The translations under genes were made by a program, and so were the position numbers. A stretch of 62,513 bases of DNA, the filler included. It is 6 parts of 6 records of this genome, joined end to end, with 100 filler letters (N's around TTAATTAATTAA, not from the genome) between each part and the next. Parts side by side here need not be neighbours in the genome. Positions count along the whole stretch, not along the records: positions 8,716 to 17,241 come from SRR31156797_3520; positions 17,342 to 29,465 come from SRR31156797_3522; 4 more parts are not named here. One strand, written 5' to 3'. Positions within the stretch are counted from its first letter, which is position 1. Each line of letters opens with the position of its first letter. The notes under the pieces are model-generated. The model did not search any database and was not told the origin of the DNA. It saw only the letters and a list, made by a program, of their open reading frames with translations. Below are positions 9,437-18,931 of this stretch, piece after piece.

Positions 9437-10864
9437 ATGGACGCACCAAGAGTTCGCATCAAGGGTGTTCGCCTTTACGAACGGCCGGTGACATTGCGCC
9501 TGCCGTTCCGTTTTGGGATCGTCACCCTGCGCGAGGCGCCGCAGGCCTTTGTTCGGGCGAAGATTGAGGTCGAGGGACGCGGTGAATTCTGGGGATATGC
9601 TGCCGAACTGATGGTTCCCAAGTGGTTCGACAAAAACCCGGACCTGAGCAACGAACAGAATTTCGATCAGCTGCGGCTGGCGCTTGGACTGGCCCGCGAC
9701 ATATACGGCGCCGCCGGGTTCGGAACACCGTTCGCGCTTTACGCTTCGTCCTATAAGGACATCGTCGAGGCCGGCCGTTTGAACGGCCTCGATCCGCTTG
9801 TCGCGCACTACGGTCCCGCGGTCCTTGACCGTGCCGTTCTGGATGCCGTCTGCCGCGCTTTCGATCTGTCTTTTCCCGAAGCCATTCGAAGCAACCTGCC
9901 GGGTATCGCCGCCGACGGCTTTGCCAGCGGCCTCGACGGGTTCGACATGGACGCTTTCCTGGCCGGGCTGCCGTTTGCCGATTCGATCCACGCCCGCCAC
10001 ACGGTCGGCATGGTCGACCGTCTGACCGATGCCGACGGCGGCGACAGGGTCGACGACGGGTTGCCGGAAACGCTGGAAGAGGTGATCGCCGCCTACGGCC
10101 AGAAGTATTTCAAGATCAAGATCCTGCGCGATCGGGACGAAAACGTGCAACGCATGCAGGATATAGCCCAAATCCTCGACCGGTCGCCAAACCCGTATTT
10201 TGTCACGGTGGACGGCAACGAATTGTTCGAGGACATAGCCGGCGTCGTCGATCTGTGGGAAGCGATGAATTCGGCGCCCGGACTGGAGCGGTTCACCGAA
10301 TCCGTGTTGTGGATCGAACAGCCGATTTCCCGGCAATCGGCGCTGACCGTCGACGTTTCGCCGATGGCCAGCCGCTGTCCGGTGATGATCGATGAATCCG
10401 ACGCCGATATCGAGGCGTTCGTACGCGCCCGCGAGATCGGTTATCGAGGCGTTTCCAGCAAGATCTGCAAGGGCTTCTACAAATCGATCATCAACGCGGC
10501 GCGCTGCCGGCAGTGGAACGATGGCGAAGACGACGGCTCCTATTTCCTGTCGGGCGAGGACCTGACCTGTCAGGCCGGTGTCTGCATGCAGCAGGACCTG
10601 GCCCTGATGACCCTTTTGGGGACCGGAAACGTCGAAAAGAACGGGCATCATTTCGGGCGCGGCATGGAAGGGGCGCCGGAGCGCGAAAGGCAGGCTTTCC
10701 TGATCGGCCATCCGGATCTTTACGACAACCGGGACGGCAATCCGTGTCTGCGCATAAGGGACGGCAAGATCGCGGTCGGGTCGCTCAAATGCGTCGGTTT
10801 CGCCAGCGCCGCCGAACCGGATTGGAAATCGTTGACCGGCATGGCCCTGCCGGCCGCCATATAG
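9437..10864 (+). CDS. Enolase-superfamily (mandelate racemase/MLE-like) enzyme of unknown substrate
   Basis: LRLPFRFG capping domain, FKIK, DGNE, EQP and DES motifs; GGGGAG RBS before ATG 9437. Confidence 0.8.
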   Translation: MDAPRVRIKGVRLYERPVTLRLPFRFGIVTLREAPQAFVRAKIEVEGRGEFWGYAAELMVPKWFDKNPDLSNEQNFDQLRLALGLARDIYGAAGFGTPFALYASSYKDIVEAGRLNGLDPLVAHYGPAVLDRAVLDAVCRAFDLSFPEAIRSNLPGIAADGFASGLDGFDMDAFLAGLPFADSIHARHTVGMVDRLTDADGGDRVDDGLPETLEEVIAAYGQKYFKIKILRDRDENVQRMQDIAQILDRSPNPYFVTVDGNELFEDIAGVVDLWEAMNSAPGLERFTESVLWIEQPISRQSALTVDVSPMASRCPVMIDESDADIEAFVRAREIGYRGVSSKICKGFYKSIINAARCRQWNDGEDDGSYFLSGEDLTCQAGVCMQQDLALMTLLGTGNVEKNGHHFGRGMEGAPERERQAFLIGHPDLYDNRDGNPCLRIRDGKIAVGSLKCVGFASAAEPDWKSLTGMALPAAI

Positions 10865-10891
10865 CAGGCTGATAAGAAAACGGAGGAAGCC

Positions 10892-11722
10892 GTGCGCTTT
10901 ACGCTGTGCAACGAAGTTATCCGCGAGATGGATTTTGCCGCCCAGTGCGAATTTGCCGCCAAGCTGGGATATATGGGCCTGGAACTGGCACCGTTCACGT
11001 TGGACGATACGCCGCACCTGATGCCCGAAAGCCGGCGCCGGGAACTGCGCCGTGCCGCCGAAGACGCCGGCATCGCCATCACCGGGCTGCATTGGCTGCT
11101 GATTACGCCGGAGGGCCTGTCGCTGAATTCGCCGGACGATGCCGTCCGGGCGAAGACCGCCGACGTCATGGAACGGCTGGTCGGATTGTGCGCGGACCTG
11201 GGCGGATCGGTTCTGGTGCACGGATCGCCCAAGCAAAGATCCGTGCCCGAAGGCGAAGACCCGGAACCCTGGCGGGCGCGCACCATCGATACCATGGCCA
11301 CCGTCGCCCGCGCCGCCGAGAAAGCCGGCGTCGTTTATTGCGTCGAACCGCTGGCCCGCAACGAAACCAACTTCATCAACACCATCGCCGATGCCGTCCA
11401 GGTGATCGAGGATATCGGCAGCCCGGCCCTGCGCACCATGATTGACAACAAGGCGGCGGCGCCGACCGAAGATTTGCCGGTACCCGATCTGATCGACAAA
11501 TGGCTGCCGACCGGATTGATCGCGCATATCCATCTGAACGATGCCAACCTGCGGGCGCCGGGGCAGGGCGGGGACAAGTTCGGGCCGATCCTGGCGGCGA
11601 TCAAACGCAATGCCTATGACGGCCTGATCGGCATCGAACCGTTCATTTACGAACCCGACGGACCGGCGACGGCGGCTGCCGCCATCGGCTATCTGCGCGG
11701 TGTCCTGGAAACCCTGGACTAG
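10892..11722 (+). CDS. Sugar phosphate isomerase/epimerase (xylose-isomerase-like TIM barrel)
   Basis: GLELAP, VEPL...E.NF, D, HIHLND and IEPF metal ligands; GGAGG RBS. Confidence 0.88.
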   Translation: MRFTLCNEVIREMDFAAQCEFAAKLGYMGLELAPFTLDDTPHLMPESRRRELRRAAEDAGIAITGLHWLLITPEGLSLNSPDDAVRAKTADVMERLVGLCADLGGSVLVHGSPKQRSVPEGEDPEPWRARTIDTMATVARAAEKAGVVYCVEPLARNETNFINTIADAVQVIEDIGSPALRTMIDNKAAAPTEDLPVPDLIDKWLPTGLIAHIHLNDANLRAPGQGGDKFGPILAAIKRNAYDGLIGIEPFIYEPDGPATAAAAIGYLRGVLETLD

Positions 11723-11905
11723 CCGCCTGCCAGGCTGATTGAGCGGGTCCGGAATTCCGGGCGACGTTGGATTTCGGTTGGGGCCGAAGCTTGACAAAGC
11801 GTCGTATCCGGCCGTTGATGACCCAGCCAACCCGGGAATTTCCGGCCGGTGACGCGTTTTTGTCATCCGTGATCGGCAGTGATGAAAGAGGAAGGGTGCC
11901 GGTCG

Positions 11906-12595
11906 ATGAACGGCGAACAAAGGTTGGAAAAAGGCTGGTTCACGACACACGGCGGCCATGGCGGTCCGGAGCCGAGGGACCCCGGACGGACGCGCCGGCG
12001 CATCCTTGCCGCAGCCACGGACGAGTTCTCCGAGAAGGGATTCAGCGGGGCGCGGATCGACAGCATCGCGACCAGGGCGGAGGTCAACAAGCGCCTCATC
12101 TACCATCATTTCGGCAATAAAGAGGACCTCTTCCTGACGGTCCTTGAAAACACCTACGCCAACATTCGGCAGGCCGAACTGGATTTGGCGCTGACCGACG
12201 TTCACCCGGCCGAGGCGATAAGAAAGCTGGCCCTGTTTACTTGGCAATATTATCTGGATCATCCCGAATTCGTCAGGCTGGTCAGCAGCGAGAACCTTGA
12301 GAAGGGTGTCCACCTGCGCCAGTCCAGGAACATTCACGAACTGAATTTCCCGATTTTGGGTTTGTTGGAGGAAATACTCGCCCGCGGTAAAAAAATGGGC
12401 GTGTTTCGCGATAACGTCAACGCGGTCCAGTTGTACATTACGATCGCGGGCATTTCCTATTTCTATGTATCCCATCACTTCACGGTGTCGACGGTATTCC
12501 AAACCGATCTGATGGCTCCGGATGCCTTGGAGGAACGTCGTTTGCACATCATCGACGTGATCGACGCCTACATGAAAAAACCCGATCCGGACTGA
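11906..12595 (+). CDS. TetR family transcriptional regulator (RutR-like)
   Basis: ILAAATDEFSEKGFSGARIDSIATRAEVNKRLIYHHFGNKEDLF HTH; start could be 11879. Confidence 0.92.
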   Translation: MNGEQRLEKGWFTTHGGHGGPEPRDPGRTRRRILAAATDEFSEKGFSGARIDSIATRAEVNKRLIYHHFGNKEDLFLTVLENTYANIRQAELDLALTDVHPAEAIRKLALFTWQYYLDHPEFVRLVSSENLEKGVHLRQSRNIHELNFPILGLLEEILARGKKMGVFRDNVNAVQLYITIAGISYFYVSHHFTVSTVFQTDLMAPDALEERRLHIIDVIDAYMKKPDPD

Positions 12596-12684
12596 ACCTC
12601 CCGACGATCGATAACCTTCGGTGAAACGGCGCCCGAACCCCTGGCATGCCGGCGGGGGACCCCGATTCGCGCGCGAATTTCCTG

Positions 12685-12712
12685 TTGACAGCGACGGCTT
12701 GTTGAGTACCAT
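12685..12712 (+). promoter_or_regulatory. Sigma70 promoter of the ogl-like/tct operon
   Basis: TTGACA (12685-12690), 16 bp, TACCAT (12707-12712). Confidence 0.55.
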
Positions 12713-12723
12713 TCAGGCAAGAA

Positions 12724-12761
12724 AGTAACCATTTATTCACTTAGGTGACCAAATGGTTACT
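12724..12761. promoter_or_regulatory. Tandem TetR-type operator (38-bp inverted repeat)
   Basis: AGTAACCATTT..AAATGGTTACT perfect 11-bp arms; contains boxes GTAACCATTTATTCAC and GTGACCAAATGGTTAC. Confidence 0.7.
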
Positions 12762-12798
12762 GCCTGCTGCAGAACAGGGTTCCCGGGGGAAGGTGGAA

Positions 12799-13965
12799 AT
12801 GAAAAAAGGAAGTATAATTGCTGATGAAAAAAGCGTCTGCGAAACGGATGAAAGCGGCGTAAATGTATGGCAAATAACGAATCATAACTCCGTAAACCAT
12901 CAGCTGTATTTTCTAACGACATCTTTCACGGGAGACGGCAGGCACGTTATTTTTGCATCCGATAGATTATCCGAGATGCAGTTTTTTATTAAGGAGTATC
13001 CGGACGGAAAAATCGTGCAACTGACGGACGGTGGGGAGGTTCACGGCTATTCCGGGGTGCTCAATCGGGCCGGCGACATCCTGTTTTTCGTACGCGGCGG
13101 CGAAATCTGGAGCCTCGACCTTTCCAATTTGCGCGAGACCCTTCTGGCCCGCTTCGAAGGCGGGCAGCTTGGTGAATGCAACCTGAATTGCGACGAAACG
13201 CTGATCGTTACCGCCATGAGACGGGGCAAGGGCTATTACCTGACGGTGACGGCGATCGACGGTTCGGGAGGGAAAATCATTCATGAATGGCCGCGGACCA
13301 TTTTCCATCCGCAGTTCCACCCCCGTATTCCGGATCTGATCGAATATTCCAGCGATCCGGCGCCGCGGATGCGCATGATCCGGGCCGACGGTTCCGACGA
13401 CCGACTGTTGTGGGACCACGGAAACGACCAGTTCCTGGTCCACGAAACCTACCTCGCCGGCGGCGACGACTTGATCGTCGTGCGTTGGCCCCACGCCCTG
13501 CAGCGCTATTCCCTCGACACCGGCCAGATGTCGGTCATCGCCGACTTCAACGCGTGGCATATCTCGCCGACCCGAGATGGGCGGTTCATCGTCTGCGACA
13601 CGGTTCACCCGGACATCGGGCTTCAAATCGTCGAGGTCGAAAGCGGCCGCCGCAAGTTCCTGTGTCACCCCGGCAGCAGCAACAGCGGGGACCAATGGCG
13701 GCACGACTATTACTTCCTGCCCGACGAAACACCGGCAACGTCCGCAAGCCAGGGTGATGGAGACGGGAGCCTTTCCTGGCTGGAAATGAAAACCGACACG
13801 ACTTACGGCCCGCAGTGGACGCACCCCCATCCGTCTTGGGGGTGTGATGACAGCAAAGTGGTTTTCACCTCGGACAAAACCGGAACCCCACAGGTTTACG
13901 TGGCGGAAATCCCCGAAGGCTTTCTGGATTTCGCGGCGCCACATCGTTCATCCGACGCAGCCTGA
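12799..13965 (+). CDS. Oligogalacturonate lyase (Ogl)-like / TolB-like beta-propeller
   Basis: HQLYF...SFT.DGR..IFASDR start, HPQFHP, HETY, WH, HPHPSW and FTSD..G.PQVY end; no signal peptide. Confidence 0.7.
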   Translation: MKKGSIIADEKSVCETDESGVNVWQITNHNSVNHQLYFLTTSFTGDGRHVIFASDRLSEMQFFIKEYPDGKIVQLTDGGEVHGYSGVLNRAGDILFFVRGGEIWSLDLSNLRETLLARFEGGQLGECNLNCDETLIVTAMRRGKGYYLTVTAIDGSGGKIIHEWPRTIFHPQFHPRIPDLIEYSSDPAPRMRMIRADGSDDRLLWDHGNDQFLVHETYLAGGDDLIVVRWPHALQRYSLDTGQMSVIADFNAWHISPTRDGRFIVCDTVHPDIGLQIVEVESGRRKFLCHPGSSNSGDQWRHDYYFLPDETPATSASQGDGDGSLSWLEMKTDTTYGPQWTHPHPSWGCDDSKVVFTSDKTGTPQVYVAEIPEGFLDFAAPHRSSDAA

Positions 13966-14050
13966 CGGTGAGGGCCTCACGGCAGGTTGGCGGTTGACCA
14001 GAAGCATCGAGGCCGATAACGGCATATTGGGAGAAAGGGAGAGAAACGTG

Positions 14051-15055
14051 ATGAAAGGAATCACCAGACTCGCGTGCGCAACGGGTGCACTTCTTATGCT
14101 CACCAGCGGAGCTTTCGCCGATTGGAAACCAGACAGGCCGATCAATATCATCGTTCCCTGGGGTGCCGGCGGATCGACTGACCAAATGGTCCGTGTGGTT
14201 GCCGGTGAAATCGAGGCGGCCCTCGGCCAGAAGGTGATTGTCGTCAACCAACCCGGGGCGGCCGGGGCGATCGGCACGAAGAATGCGCTTGATGCTCCGC
14301 GCGACGGATACACATGGACCGCCGGGGCGGCAAAGGATCTTGGCACCTACATCGTCACCGATACCCTCAAAACGAATATCGAGGATTGGAATCTTTATCT
14401 GACGATGGCGGTGGTCGAAATCTTCAGCGTCAACCCGAAACAGCCCTACAAGACCATGAGTGAGTTCATCGACGGGCTTAAAGCCAAAGGCGGCGACCTT
14501 ACGGTCAGCACGTCGGGAACGCATTCGTCGAGTTTCGCGGCGATGGAAGCCCTGGCGGCGGCGACCGGAACAAAATACACCAACGTCAGCTATGACGGCG
14601 GCAATCCATCGGTTCTGGCATGCGTTGCCGGCGAAGTCGCGGCGACACCGAACCCCGGTCCCGAAGCGGCGGAAATGATCCGGGCCGGAAAACTTCGTCC
14701 GCTGGCGGCGTCCAGCGACGTGGCGCTCAGGATCAAGGATTTTGATCAGGAAATCCCGCCGGTAACGCAAACGGTTCCCTCATTCCCGGTGACGTCCAAC
14801 TATTTCGGGATCTGGGCGCCGAAGGGCATTCCGCAGGAAGTCGTCGAGACGATGAATGCCATTTGGTCGGAAAAGATCGGCAAATCGGCGGCCTTGCAGA
14901 AGTTCGCCTCGCAGAAAGCGGTGGCGGTGACGCCCTTCGTCGGCGATGAAGCGCAAAAGCGCGTGCAACCGGCGATCAGAACCTTTGCCTGGCAGATGTG
15001 GGACGGCAAGAAGGCGACGGTGCGTCCTGACAAGGTCGGCATTCAGAAACCGTAA
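14051..15055 (+). CDS. tctC: Tripartite tricarboxylate transporter substrate-binding protein (TctC/Bug)
   Basis: Signal peptide; PINIIVPWGAGGSTD, VVNQPGAAGAIG and GIWAPKGIP motifs. Confidence 0.9.
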   Translation: MKGITRLACATGALLMLTSGAFADWKPDRPINIIVPWGAGGSTDQMVRVVAGEIEAALGQKVIVVNQPGAAGAIGTKNALDAPRDGYTWTAGAAKDLGTYIVTDTLKTNIEDWNLYLTMAVVEIFSVNPKQPYKTMSEFIDGLKAKGGDLTVSTSGTHSSSFAAMEALAAATGTKYTNVSYDGGNPSVLACVAGEVAATPNPGPEAAEMIRAGKLRPLAASSDVALRIKDFDQEIPPVTQTVPSFPVTSNYFGIWAPKGIPQEVVETMNAIWSEKIGKSAALQKFASQKAVAVTPFVGDEAQKRVQPAIRTFAWQMWDGKKATVRPDKVGIQKP

Positions 15056-15081
15056 GACCTGGCAAAAACCGTAAGACCTGG
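15047..15081. repeat. Perfect 16-bp direct repeat spanning the tctC stop codon
   Basis: AAACCGTAAGACCTGG at 15047-15062 and 15066-15081. Confidence 0.85.
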
Positions 15082-15141
15082 ATCCGGTCGACGGACCGGA
15101 ATACGAAGTACCCGTGCCCCTGGAGGGGTTCGGCCACAGCC

Positions 15142-15669
15142 ATGGGTTTGCCGATGAGAAAAAAAGACCTTCCGAAAGCCGATCTCATTGCGTCGCTTGG
15201 TTTCATGGCGCTCGGAACCCTGACCGTGGTCGAATCCCTCCGATTGCCGACGCTCGAGGAGCGTTCGGTCCCCACATACAGCGCTCCCGGCGTCGTTCCC
15301 GGGTTGCTGGGATGCGCTATTTTTGCCCTGGCGCTGCCGCTTTTCGTTCGTTCGATCCGGACCTTCGGCCGGGGCTTCCCGGTGACGGATACGGTCATTG
15401 ACGGCGAACCGCGGCAAGGGGCGGTCGGGCGTTTGTTTCTGGCCCTCGTTCTCGCCATGGCCTATGCGTTGCTTCTCGTCGGCAACCTTCCGTATTGGCT
15501 GGCGACCGGCCTGTTCATCTTTATTTTCATTGCTGTCTTCGAATGGCGACTGCGGATCGGCAGGCAGGAACGGGTTCGAATGCTCGGCGCCGCCTTGGGT
15601 TTGGCGATTGTCGTTTCGGCCGTCGTCAGCCTGGTGTTCGAAAAGCTTTTCCTCGTTCGTCTTCCCTGA
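15142..15669 (+). CDS. tctB: Tripartite tricarboxylate transporter small membrane subunit
   Basis: 4-5 TM segments, PGxxP, C-terminal FEKLFLVRLP; lies between tctC and tctA. Confidence 0.85.
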   Translation: MGLPMRKKDLPKADLIASLGFMALGTLTVVESLRLPTLEERSVPTYSAPGVVPGLLGCAIFALALPLFVRSIRTFGRGFPVTDTVIDGEPRQGAVGRLFLALVLAMAYALLLVGNLPYWLATGLFIFIFIAVFEWRLRIGRQERVRMLGAALGLAIVVSAVVSLVFEKLFLVRLP

Positions 15670-15689
15670 ATCGGAGCCTTCGAAACCGC

Positions 15690-17207
15690 ATGTACGACGG
15701 ACTCGTCCAGCTAGCAACCGCACTCCTGCAATTGGCCACGCCGGAGGGCCTGTTTACCGTGTTCTGGGCGACCTTCGTCGGCATCGCCATCGGCATGCTG
15801 CCGGGCCTTACGGTGACAATGGGCCTGGCGCTGTTTGCATCGCTGACCTTCACGGCGCCGCCGGGGCAGGCGATCCTGATCCTGATCGCCATTTACAACG
15901 GCGCCATCTACGGCGGCAGTCGAAGCGCCATCCTGCTGAATATTCCGGGAACCCCGGCCAATGCGGCGGCGGCGATGGACGGCCATCCCCTGGCCCGCCA
16001 GGGAAAAGCCGGATACGCCATGGGTGTCGCCACATCCGGTTCCGGTCTGGGGACATTGATCGGAATCTTTTTTCTGGCCCTGTGTGCACCGCTGCTGGCG
16101 GACTATGCCCTCGAATTCGGTTCCATCGAGTTCTTCTGGCTGGCGATTTTCGGAATCGTCATCTCCGGGCACCTGACCGCCATCGACGATCCGATCAAGG
16201 GCTGGCTGGCCGGCCTGCTGGGCCTGCTTGTGGCGATGATCGGCCGCGACGGCATCCATGCGGTACCGAGGTTCTCCTTCGGGGTCCTGGACCTTGAGGG
16301 CGGCATCGGTTTGATCCCGGCGATGGTCGGGGCTTTCGGTTTCTCCGAGATCCTGACGGTGATGAAAAACGCCCGCTCCCAGGTTCTGGCCGACAAGGTC
16401 GGGTCTGTCATTCCGAAGCTGGGCGACCTGTGGCGCTACAAATCCACGATCGTGCGATCCGGCGTCATCGGTACGTTCATGGGGGCGATACCGGGTGTCG
16501 GCGAGGACATCGGGTCGTGGGCGTCCTATGCGGCAGCGCGCCGGATGAGCAAGGAGGGAGAGAAATTCGGGCACGGCAGCACCGAAGGGCTGATGGCGGC
16601 GGAAACCGGCAACAACGCCGCCGCCCCGGGCGCTGTCATTCCGGTGCTGACACTGGCGATCCCGGGGTCGGCGCCATCGGCGGTTCTGCTGGCGGCCCTT
16701 TTCATCCACGGTTTGCGGCCGGGCCCGATGATCATGATCGAAACGCCCGGGATCGTGTTCGAGATCGTGGCGATGTTCGTTCTGTCCACCATCTGCATGG
16801 TCCTGATCGGATTGCTGATGGTCAAGCCGCTGTTGCTGATTTTCAGGGTTCCGCGTGAACGGTTGATGCCGGTCGTTTTCGTTCTCTGCGTGATCGGCGC
16901 CTTCGCCGTGCAGAGCCGGATTTTCGACGTCTGGGTCATGCTGTCGTTCGGTGTCATCGGCTTCGCGCTGCGGGAAATGGAATATCCAATGGCTCCATTG
17001 ATCCTCGGCATCATTCTCGGTGACATTCTCGACAAGAGCCTGCGTCGGTCGTTGGTGTTTACGCATGGCGATATTTTGAGATTTTTCGAGCGGCCGATCA
17101 GCCTCATCCTCTTCACCAGTATCGTGTTGACGGTCCTTTTCAGCATCAAACCGGTCAGGGCCGCGGTCATTTCCGGTTGGCGGCGATTCATCGGAAAATT
17201 CGGCTAG
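15690..17207 (+). CDS. tctA: Tripartite tricarboxylate transporter large permease
   Basis: GIAIGMLPGL and GTFMGAIPGVG signatures, ILLNIPGTP, AAETGNNA. Confidence 0.93.
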   Translation: MYDGLVQLATALLQLATPEGLFTVFWATFVGIAIGMLPGLTVTMGLALFASLTFTAPPGQAILILIAIYNGAIYGGSRSAILLNIPGTPANAAAAMDGHPLARQGKAGYAMGVATSGSGLGTLIGIFFLALCAPLLADYALEFGSIEFFWLAIFGIVISGHLTAIDDPIKGWLAGLLGLLVAMIGRDGIHAVPRFSFGVLDLEGGIGLIPAMVGAFGFSEILTVMKNARSQVLADKVGSVIPKLGDLWRYKSTIVRSGVIGTFMGAIPGVGEDIGSWASYAAARRMSKEGEKFGHGSTEGLMAAETGNNAAAPGAVIPVLTLAIPGSAPSAVLLAALFIHGLRPGPMIMIETPGIVFEIVAMFVLSTICMVLIGLLMVKPLLLIFRVPRERLMPVVFVLCVIGAFAVQSRIFDVWVMLSFGVIGFALREMEYPMAPLILGIILGDILDKSLRRSLVFTHGDILRFFERPISLILFTSIVLTVLFSIKPVRAAVISGWRRFIGKFG

Positions 17208-17241
17208 CAGGCTGTTGAAAAACTCTGAAGAGGCTGCGAAA
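17204..17241. mobile_element. Possible insertion-sequence terminus at contig end
   Basis: CTAG followed by CAGGCTGTTGAAAAACTC, resembling IS5/IS1182-type ends from memory; the contig breaks right after. Confidence 0.35.
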
Positions 17242-17341
17242 NNNNNNNNNNNNNNNNNNNNNNNNNNNNNNNNNNNNNNNNNNNNTTAATTAATTAANNN
17301 NNNNNNNNNNNNNNNNNNNNNNNNNNNNNNNNNNNNNNNNN
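17242..17341. other. Artificial contig linker
   Basis: N-run + TTAATTAATTAA + N-run. Confidence 0.98.
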
Positions 17342-18919
17342 AGGAATATGACCGGTCCTTTACAAATGTTTGCTGATGAAGAGGAAGAAAAGCAATTGAA
17401 GTCGATATTTCCTAAAACTGCAGATGAAGAGCTACAGAAAAAAGAGACCCCTGGCAGTCCAGGTAGCAAAACAAACATGCCAGATGATGTAAAATCAAAA
17501 ATGGAAAACTCATTTGGCACAGACTTTAGTGATGTCAACATCCACCAAAACTCTGATCAGGCTGCAAACCTTGGCGCATTGGCTTACACACAAGGCAATG
17601 ATGTGCATTTTGCCCCGGGACAATACGAACCGGGCAACCAAAAAGGCCAGGAATTACTGGGACACGAACTTACGCACGTAGTGCAGCAAAGAGAAGGGAG
17701 GGTAAAACCAGACACTGAACAGCACAAAGGGATCAACATCAATAGCGACACTACCCTTGAAAAAGAAGCCGATGAAATGGGCACTCGAGCAGCGCAAGGT
17801 AAAATGGTGAATGTGAGAGGGAATGGTAGTGGAGTGCAGATGCAAGATAGACCTCTACCAGATCATATTAAGAATGGAAAAATCTTTGGATTAGATATTA
17901 TCGGATATGGGTATGGTCCATATAAGGAAAAAGGTTTATTAAACGTTTTTGAAGATTATGTATATTCTGAGAAATTAATACTTGCTGGCAGTTCTGATAA
18001 TTGGAAAAAGCTGCTAAACTATTGTAATGACCCTGATTTTAAAAAATATATTCTACCATTTATTATTGAAACAGGAGTTTTCAATTATCCCGGAATTGAA
18101 AGCCCTTATCCAAATTCAATGGAAAATTTATCATTTTGGGAAACTAAAAAACAAAGAGATGTAAGCAATGATGATATCAAGGAACTACTTAAAGCATTGT
18201 ATGATACAGATAAAAGTACAGAATCCAAAGTTGATTTTGAAAATACTATCTGGGAATCAACAAGTAACGTTCCGGCAGCATACGAGCTGCCTTTTGATGG
18301 ATTATCTGCATTTATTGAAAAGTATCAAACATTAGTTATTCAGGAAGTATCAGCAGATAGGGATGTAAGAAAAATGAATTTAAATGATATAAAGAAACTA
18401 TCTGAACAATCAACCAAATTCTATGAACCAGGGATTGGCGAATCAAGAGTAGTAACAGCAATGATACAAAATGCTGTAGCCACAGCAATTAATGCAGTAA
18501 AAAAGATTATTGAATATGAGGGCGCAACTGAGGAAGAAATTGACTTAAATAAAGCTGTTAGTTATGATATGATTAAAAATTCAGGGTTAATAATAAATGG
18601 AGCCCTTGAAGGATATGAAGGGATCATTGAAAATACTAAAACAGGCGCAGAGAGCATATTTGATTCTGTATGGTCATTAATACCATTTAGTGGATCAATA
18701 GTAAAACTAGGTGCAAGTCATGTAAAAAAGGTTTTAAAGAAAAATTTCGTTAAAGTTTTAGCTGGAAGTAATGGGAAAAATATAGTAGATTATAAAGAAT
18801 CCTTGCATTCGGAATTTGAAAATGCGTTAGAAGAATTTAGATCAGAAGGATTCATAAACTCAGACTCATATTCTGACATGTCCGACTCATTTATGCTATA
18901 TTTGTTCATCAGCGAATAA
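17342..18919 (+). CDS. DUF4157 (eCIS core) domain protein with unknown C-terminal, putative effector domain; probably 5' truncated
   Basis: [15 protein letters not shown]...[18 protein letters not shown]...[12 protein letters not shown]...LEKEAD; QMF/QLK/QKK/VQMQ linkers; frame open from the contig edge. Confidence 0.85.
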   Translation, partial: RNMTGPLQMFADEEEEKQLKSIFPKTADEELQKKETPGSPGSKTNMPDDVKSKMENSFGTDFSDVNIHQNSDQAANLGALAYTQGNDVHFAPGQYEPGNQKGQELLGHELTHVVQQREGRVKPDTEQHKGININSDTTLEKEADEMGTRAAQGKMVNVRGNGSGVQMQDRPLPDHIKNGKIFGLDIIGYGYGPYKEKGLLNVFEDYVYSEKLILAGSSDNWKKLLNYCNDPDFKKYILPFIIETGVFNYPGIESPYPNSMENLSFWETKKQRDVSNDDIKELLKALYDTDKSTESKVDFENTIWESTSNVPAAYELPFDGLSAFIEKYQTLVIQEVSADRDVRKMNLNDIKKLSEQSTKFYEPGIGESRVVTAMIQNAVATAINAVKKIIEYEGATEEEIDLNKAVSYDMIKNSGLIINGALEGYEGIIENTKTGAESIFDSVWSLIPFSGSIVKLGASHVKKVLKKNFVKVLAGSNGKNIVDYKESLHSEFENALEEFRSEGFINSDSYSDMSDSFMLYLFISE

Positions 18920-18931
18920 AATCTTCAAAAA

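Noticed and set aside
9254-12712. 1152-aa minus-strand ORF and many other long overlapping ORFs in the GC-rich contigs
   Set aside because: Antisense shadows of well-supported plus-strand genes in high-GC DNA; no recognisable motifs
12799-13010. AT-rich 5' part of the Ogl-like gene as a possible chimera
   Set aside because: The protein motif is continuous; reduced GC near promoters and gene starts is ordinary
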